Source: a virus | Taxonomy: Duplodnaviria > Caudoviricetes | DNA: 25,756 nucleotides | Direction: 5' to 3' (one strand) | IMG/VR virus record: IMGVR_UViG_3300005512_000294 | Coordinates: 1-25,756 of that record | Part shown: piece after piece, positions 1 through 9,000 of the stretch | How the letters are laid out: every line of letters begins with the position of its first letter | How positions within the stretch are numbered: position 1 is the stretch's first letter | Translations under genes and position numbers: made by a program | Notes under the pieces: generated by a model | What the model saw: only the letters and a program-made list of their open reading frames with translations | Databases searched by the model: none | Told to the model about the DNA's origin: nothing

Positions 1-2
1 AA

Positions 3-3000
3 ATTGACAAAAGAACTTTAATCAAAAATATTCAAAAGTTCTACAAAACAAAAGGAACTGATAGTTCTATCAAGTTTATCTTCACAACAATTGTTGCTAA
101 AGATGATAGTAATAATCCAGAGGTTTACAAACCAAAAGATTTTACTTATAAAGCATCCAAATCGGATTGGATTAATGTCTATGCTCTAAAAGTAAAAGTA
201 ATTTCTGGTGATCCCAAAAACTTAATTGGTCAACGTGTTACTCAACCAGAAACTAATGAATATAACTTTGTTTCTGCAACTGTCGATAATGTTTATCCAG
301 ATGGAACTTCTGATGGAGAACAGATTTGGAATATTGTTTTAGCACCCGAAACTGTAACTGGAGAATTTGCTGTTTCAACAAAAACTCGTTTAGAAAAAAC
401 TCTATCACAAAATGATGGTGTTGGAAAGCGTGTAAATGTATTCTCAACTATTGGTTGGGAAAAGAGTGGTGAAATTTTAATTGGGCAAGAAACAATCAAA
501 TTTGAAGAGAAGAATATTACTCAATTTATTATTAAAAAAAGAGGAGACATTACTTACACCCATAGCGTTGGTGAATCTGTTTATAAACCAGTTATCATCT
601 CTGGTTCTGGAGTAAGTCTTCTTACCCTCGGTGTTGTATATAATTTTACAACTAGTTCTTCAAAACCACATTCATATCCTGGTGATACAATTCAAGTATC
701 AAACCCTGGTTTTGAGACATCTGATCCAAAGATTGTAAAAACTGGCACAAATCAACCAAGATGGATCTTAAACAACAATTTACCAATTAATGCTCCTACT
801 GTACCATCTGTACAGACTTCTTTAGGACAAACATCAACTGACGTGTCTGCGATTTTTGCGGATGATCAATATTATTATATTACTTCTTCTGGATTTCCAT
901 CATATAAAATTTTAGATGGATCTGCAGTAACTCAACCAGTACAGGATCAAAAACTTCTTCGTATTATTAGAAAGAATTCAACAAGAACTACTGAAAAATA
1001 TAAAACTCCCAAATCAGACATTGGTGTTTTATTGAACGGTGTTCGTTTATACGGTCAACGTGATCCAGAAAGTATTAGATTTGGTAGATTAGAATCAATT
1101 GCTGTTAATACTCAGGGTGGAGGTTATCAAAAACCACCATTTGTTTTAATTGATGGTGTCCCAAATAAAGCAAGAGCAGTTCTCTCTGGTTCTGTTGTTG
1201 AAAGATATATTGTTGATACAAATACTGTATTTCCTAGAGTTCCCAATGTAGAAGTTACTTCTGGTAGAGACGCTGTTGTTCGTGCTGTTGTAACTGGTGA
1301 TCAAGTAACTAGTTTGGTTATTGATAACCCTGGAGAACACTATTCTTCACCTCCTATTGTTAGAATTACAGATAGAAACGGAAAAGGAAGATTTGCTGAT
1401 TATACTGCTATTGTAAGTACCGATGGAAAGATCACAGGATTTATACAAAATTCTGCTGGTAATTTTTATACACAGAGTACGGTAAGAGTTGATATTATTC
1501 CAGTAGGCAGTGGAGCTACTGCTACTCCCTTACTAACAGAATGGAATTTTAACAGATTTGAAAAACTGAAGTCTAAATTAGACACCGAGTATGGATACTT
1601 ATTTGAAAACTACAACAATGTTCTAGAATATGGTTATGGACATGTTGCTAATCCAAAAGCACTTAGAGTTGCTTTGAATGATAATATTAGTTCATCTGGA
1701 TTAGAACCAGCAACAAAAACGCACTCACCTATTCTTGGATTTGCTTATGATGGTAATCCCATCTATGGACCATTTGCTCACGAGAACCCATTAGATTCTC
1801 AGTCTCCCATTGTTAGGATGACATCTAGTTATGATATCAACGGATCACGTCCTGGTGGTCCATCTTTGAATACATATCCACTAGGAACATTTACCAATGA
1901 TTATACTTATGTTCACAAATCTGGTTCACTAGATGAGAACAATGGAAGATTCTGCGTCACTCCAGATTTTCCAGAGGGAGTTTATGCTTATTTCCTTACT
2001 ATTAATAGCAATCAAGTACCGCAATACCCATATGTTTTAGGTGAAAATTTCTATTCACTGCCAGTTGATAGTAACTACAATTCTAATATTAATCAAAACG
2101 ATATTCCAAAAAATTCTAAGAGATTCTTTATTCCTGGTATGCCAAGGAATGGAGATGGTGTTGTAGCACAAGTAGCAGAAGTTAAGTCTGGAACTGTCGA
2201 TTCTATTTCTATTGATAGATCATCTAGCAATTTTTCTGTTAATTCCAAAGTTTACTTTAATAATAAAGGATCTGAAGGTTCCGAGGCAGAGGCTCTAGTA
2301 CAATCTGTAAAAGGAAAAGCAGTACAGTATCTTGATAGTTATGAAAACAAAGTTGTAAAGTTGACAACTATTCAAAATGCTTATTTGTTTACTGATGATG
2401 TTCTACGTCAACCATCGTCTAATGCTTCTGGAACGATTGTTGGAAATGTGACAAATGACAATGTTGTTGTATTAAAAGATGTTATTGGAACGTTTGATAA
2501 CACAGGAACATTTTCTGCTGATATCAAAACTTTCTTCATTCTTTTGGATCAGAAGAGTTCATATACAAAAGGTGCTACTCTTAGTTTGACTGATGGTATC
2601 AATCAACCCGTTGCTACAGCAGAAATCTTAAACGGAACTAGCAGTCAAAATACTGTTGAAATTAAAGTTCTTTCTGGTGATTGGTTGTTATTCAATGATC
2701 CAGATGTTGATTATTTCCTACAATCATCTGATGTATTCAATACTTCTGGAACAAGAGCAGTAACTTTAACTTCTCTTAGTGATAATCTAGAACCATTTGA
2801 AGTTAATCAAAGTGTTGCTTTAATTGAAACAGCAAATAATCACGGACTTGGTATAGGTGATAGGGTAGATGTTGATATTTTTCCAGATGATAGTATTAAA
2901 ACTAAAACCTACTATCTAAGAAAAAGACTATATCAAGAAGTTACATTCCAAGCACCCAAGTTTTCTTCTACTATTGATGATACTGGCATTGGAAGATTCC

Positions 3001-6000
3001 AGGTGTTAAATGGTGGTGCTGACTATACACAAGGAACTTACACTAATGTTCCATTGACTGGAGGAACTGGAACTGGTGCTACTGCAAATATTACCGTTTC
3101 TAGTGCTGGTGTAGTTTCCAATATTACAATTCAAGCGAAAGGATCTGGTTACAGAAAAGCAGATTATCTTGGTGTAGATGATGAATCCTTACAAAGAGCA
3201 GGAGCATCGCTTAGCACATCTAGATTAACTTTATATGTTGATCATGTTGGTTTTTCTGCTGGATCTACAATTCTGACAGCAGATAGTACAACAGGATTTT
3301 CTAATGGAGATTTAATTTCTGTTGGAGAAGAAGTGATGGAAATTGTTTCCGTCAATGGAAAAAATTTGACAGTTACAACTGGAAGAGAGAATACAACTGT
3401 TGTAGATCATTTTGATGGTCAAGAAATTTCTCTTTATAAAGCAAGATACAACTTTACTCCAAATTTCCAGGTTGGAACTTCCGCTGGTTCTGGATTTATT
3501 AAATCATATGATTTAGAAACGCAAAAAGCAATTGTAGTATATGAATATGGTATTAACAAAACCACAGCTCAAGACATTAAAGTAAGCACAACTTTCTTTG
3601 ATTCTAGTTCTCCCCAAAGATTGATTTCCGTAAAAACTGCCAATCCTATTGATTTTAAATTTGAATTTTCTGAGGATAATGTAAATTATATTCCAAATCC
3701 AAACATTGATATACAGGAGTTTTATAAGTATAAGTTTGACACTTCACATTCTTCTCTAGTTGGAACTTACTTTGATTTAAGTCCAAGTAAAAACTATAAT
3801 ATCATCACAGTCGAAAAGCAAGCATCAAATATCCTCCCAGGAAATCCAGGATCATTTACTGATGTAAAATTTGGATTTGGATCAAGACTTGCTTCCAATA
3901 TGTACAACACTAAAGTTGGAACTGATTTTACCAACTTTTACTATTTTGATAAAAATGGCATCGTAAACTCTGATGACAAATATTTGAAAATTGTAACTGA
4001 TCCACTACAAGGATCAAAAACCGTAATTTACGTAACTCCAAATAGGTTTGTTTATGATGTTCCATCAGAACCTCTTTGGGATGGATCTGGAAATATTACT
4101 TATACAACAACTGGTCAATTTGCCGTTGGAGAGATTAATAGTTTTAAGATTACTAACTTGGGATTGAATTATAAAAAAGTTCCTGTCATTGACGGTATAG
4201 ATCCAAATGCTAATTTTAAAGCACAAGCAACTGTTTTATTTGATTCTGTAACTAATACCATTACAGGTGTTAGAAGAGATAGTAAAGGATCAAATTATGT
4301 AAATCCAAAAGCAGTTATTGTTGATGGAGATGGGGTTGATGCTAAATTTAATATTGTAGTTAGAGATGGAGAAATTTTCTCTATTACAGTAGAAAATCCT
4401 GGAAGAGGATATACATATGCTCCAAAAATTGAAATTGTTGAGGGAGATGTTGAGGTATACGTAGACAGTAATACCATTGGTATTCCTCAAAGTATTAATA
4501 TTATCAGAAATGGAGGAGCATTCCATTTAGATAAAACAGTTGCTTCTACTTTCTCAACGAAGTATGTTGTATCTTTATCTAATTTCTCTGGAGAATTTCA
4601 GAAGGGAGAAACAGTTGTTCAGAGAATTGGTAACATAGAGGTTTCTAGAGCAAAAGTATCAGAATGGAGGTTTGGATCTAATCTATTAAAAATAGAATCT
4701 GTAGATGGCATTCTTAGAGAAAATATTGAAATTACTGGATTAACTTCAAAATCTTCTGGAAAAATCAAAAGTATCTTTGTAAGTACATTTGTAGAAAATA
4801 TTACAGCATTCTTTGATAACATTGGTTACTACAAATCGGATAGAGGAAAGTTGGGAGTTTCCAATCAGAAGATTTTAGATAGTTATTTCTATCAAGATTA
4901 TTCTTATGTCGTAAAGTCGAAGACTCCTATTGATCAGTGGAGAGAATTAATTAAATCCACTACACACCCTGCTGGATTTAAACTATTCGGTCAAGTTGAT
5001 GTAGAAACTGATGCTGCTGTAGAAATGCCAGCAGAAATGCCAAAGGCAACACATTTTAGCATTGTACAACTTTGGGATCCTAATAAGAATAAGATTACTG
5101 TTGAAAACACTAGAAGAACTATTACCCAGACAGTTCAAAAGATTGAAAATCAGAGAATTAAAAAAGGTGTTGGATCTGCTGCTACATCTGAGTTCAACTT
5201 TAATGAATCAAGAGCATTTACTTTCAGGATTTATAATAATACTGTTGGTTATTACGATGATGTTATTGCTGACGGAAAACCATGGTGGTACAAGAATTCA
5301 TTTGATGGATACTACGATACTGATGGTAGATTGCAGGGATCAAAAACATTCCAACTAAGAAATGATAAAGATCAACCATTCAATCCAACTAATGCTAAAA
5401 ATTTAATTATCACACTAGATGGAGTTTTACAAGAACCAGAAGTAGCATATACAATTTCTGGTGATACTATTACTTTCTCTCAACCACCTCTTGGTCCAAA
5501 TCAAAAATTAACAGGTTCCAATTTATCAGAACTTACGGAATATAAAGGTGTAACTTTTTACGGAAGATATTTCACATTTAAAGATAATCAGTATAATACA
5601 AGATACTTTAAAAAGGGTAGAAACATTTTCCAAAGAAATGGAAGATGGTTAGATTCTGCTAATCAGATTGAACGAAATAGAGAATTTATTATTGCGGAAT
5701 CTGTTGGATATGGTATTGAAAATTATCCTACTTTAGATTGGAGTACAAAACTTGACGACTATCAGAGAGATATTGGTTACATTTTAGATGCCTATGAGCA
5801 TGACATCAGATTTGGTGGTAATGTAAAAACTGTTGATTATGTTTCTATTTTTGGTCAAGATAGCAACTATGATTATATCACTAAGAATAAGTCTCAGTCT
5901 TTAAGCATCTTTAAGTATGCCACAAACTTGGCAAAACTTGCTATTAGAAACTGGGATATTGTAGAAAGTGGAGTTACTTATATTCAAGGTTCCACATCGA

Positions 6001-9000
6001 TGATTGTTAGTGATACCAACAAACTTGCTATTGGTATGCATGTAAGTTCTGGTAGAGCATATCCAGTAGGAACAAAAATTGTATCTATTGATAGTGATAC
6101 TCAAATTACATTGTCTCGCGCTGCTCTATCAAACTCGGGTGGAGGAGGTGGTGCTCCTAGTGGAGTTACTGATCTTGATGGATCAACTGGCGGAAGTGAT
6201 CTTATTCTTCCTACAAGCACTGGTGCTGTACAACCAGCAAATACATTTAGTGTTAATCCAGGAGATGTTCTTCAAGTACCAATTTCATTCTCAGCATCAG
6301 ATGATGCTACATTCTTCTTCAGTGGTATTAACAGTGGAACTTTCTATGATGCGTCTAATTTAATTGCTGCTAATAAAGAGTATCTACAGGAAGAAATTAG
6401 TGGATATACTTATGCTACTTACAATCTACCTGCTGGTGATCAAGTTAAGTGCCGTAGAGATCTTGGTTATTTAATCGATGCCATTGTATATCATTTAAGA
6501 CTTGGTGGAAATGAAAGAGTTGTAGATTTTGCTAGACTCTATTATACTAATGCTGGATATCCATCTGGAGAAAGACTAACTTATATTAATAGAACAGCAG
6601 AAGAAACTGCTGCTGCTATTGACGCTTGGAATAAGTTAGGAGAGAAAATGATTCTTGCCATGAGAAATTCTCTTGGCACAGGAACTTACACTAGTATTAC
6701 TCCAGTAACAGATTTTTCTGTTGCTACTGATACACAATTACCATATTGTGTTGAGGTAGAATCTGCTATTGATAGTATGATTCAAGTAGTACAAGACATT
6801 CTGGCAAATGGAACTGGTGCTGTTGATGCGACTCCTATTAATGCTAGCAAACCAGGAAACTGGACTTCACAGACTCCATATACAAATTACAACTTGATTG
6901 CTGATGCGGCACTTCCAAATGGAGAATGTGATGATGTAGTTTCTTCTGTTGATTCTCTATATGATAATGTTGATGATGTATTAAATTCTCAATTGGTAGC
7001 AAAATCACTTCCAGACTATATTGACGGAGAAAATAAAGTATTTGAATTGTATTGGGAAGATGGATCAGAAGTTAATACAGAGGAAGATGAAGATCTCTTC
7101 TTAACTATCAATGCCGTTCTACAGAGACCAAAATACAATGCCGATTATCCTGGAGAAGATTCTTACTATATTGATAGAACTACAATTCCAAACAAATTAG
7201 TATTTGATGTTGCTCCTATTTGGGATCAAGATTTTGGTGCTAAGAATATTGGAGAACCAACTGCAGTTGAAAAAGTTATTGGACTTGGTGTTGGCAATTA
7301 CAAGCGTTTAACAATTGATTATGATTTGGTTAATGGTGTTAGAACTGGTCCGTTTTTAATTCTAGATGTTGAGGATAGTACGGTACAGTCTATTGAAGAT
7401 AAAGAGTATCTTTATGTCTTCTTAGATGGCGTTCTTCAGAGAGAAGGATATAGTTACGAAGTAGCTGGTCCAAATATTTTCTTTAATGTTCCAATTAAGA
7501 AAGAGATGAAGATTGACATGCGCTACCTTTATGGTAGAGATGTCGGTCAAATTCTTAACATTTATGACTTTGCCCCAGATACTTATTTTGCCACTGGCAC
7601 AATTATATTTGATTCCACTTCTTCTTTCTGGGATAATTTTGAAACTTATGTTTGGATGGGAGATAAAATTGGATCTAATATTCATGCTCTCCAGATAAAA
7701 TTAAAGGGAACTTATAATGTTATTGGTAGGATAGGAAATCTTTTCCGTACATCTACTACTGTTAAATTTGACATTATAAAATCACAAAACTCTTTTATTA
7801 TTGATGATCTAGACATTATATTTGCTGTAGAAAGTTTTTATTCTAGAAATATTACACTACCAGCATCAGAATTTACTAATGTCACCCTTGATCTTCTTAA
7901 AGACGAAGACGGAAGAAAGATTCTTCGAGCAGATACTCAAGTGTGGGCAGGAACTATTCTTGGTAAAACTTATAAAAATCCTTTTGTGAGTTTATCTAAT
8001 GGAGATAAAATTCGTGTAGAAGGCGAAGATAAGTTTAGAAGTATCAGGATTCTTCCATCTCAAACTACTAGTAAAGATGGCAGAGACGGCGAACAACTTT
8101 CAGATGACATTTTTGGTTCTGTAAATGTAGAAACTTATAATGGTATTACTAGAGGTGAAGGTCTTAGTATTATCGCAAATGTTGAAAATGGATCTGTTGT
8201 TTCTTTAACTTGGAATCAAAGAAGTTATAATCCTCTTACTCAACCAACTGCTTATCAATATTTTACTCCACCAGTATTAGAATTTATTCCTCAAGATGGC
8301 AGTGGTGGTGGTGCTCGCGCTGAAGTTATTGTAAGTAAAGGTCAAGTCCTTAGTGTTGAACTGATTGATGGTGGTTCTGGATACACCGAGGCACCAAAAG
8401 TTGTTGTTGCAAGAAGATATGAAATTTTATCTGAAAGAGACATTGGCGTATCTTTAATTAACGTTGGCATCAATCCATACGTTGAAATGTTTGGAATGAT
8501 TAGCTCATCAACTATTGATCTTATCAATCTACCAGAACCACGAGCGTTTACTTCATCTGCTGTTGTTGCTGATAGTCCAACAAGAGTTGATATTGATATT
8601 ACAGAAGAAATTCAGTTACTACAATCATATGATCTCCCAATTGTAATTCCGTTTGAAAAGTTTGCTGAATGGGCAACTCCAGCTGGAAGAGAAATAAAAT
8701 TACCATTAGAAACATCTACAAATCAATATATTTCCCAAGTTTCTGGTCGTGTTGCTGATATTATTAGCAACTCTGTTGTAACTGCTAGCAGACAAATTAC
8801 TAGCACCGTACACAATATTATTCAAAATACTGCTCTCAGCAACATCAATTACTATGAGGTTGCTGCTTACACTGATGTTGATACTCCTGCCAATGCTATG
8901 ATTATCTACATCCCAGATACCAGTAAGTTCAAGACTAATGGTTATCTAATGATTGGCGATGAGATGGTACGCTACATGCGTAAACTCTCTGATAGATTCT

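Noticed and set aside
843-845. ORF-track start (GTG) of the 3390-aa protein
   Set aside because: The frame is open from base 3 and encodes a conserved gp7 motif upstream, so the true start lies before the window.
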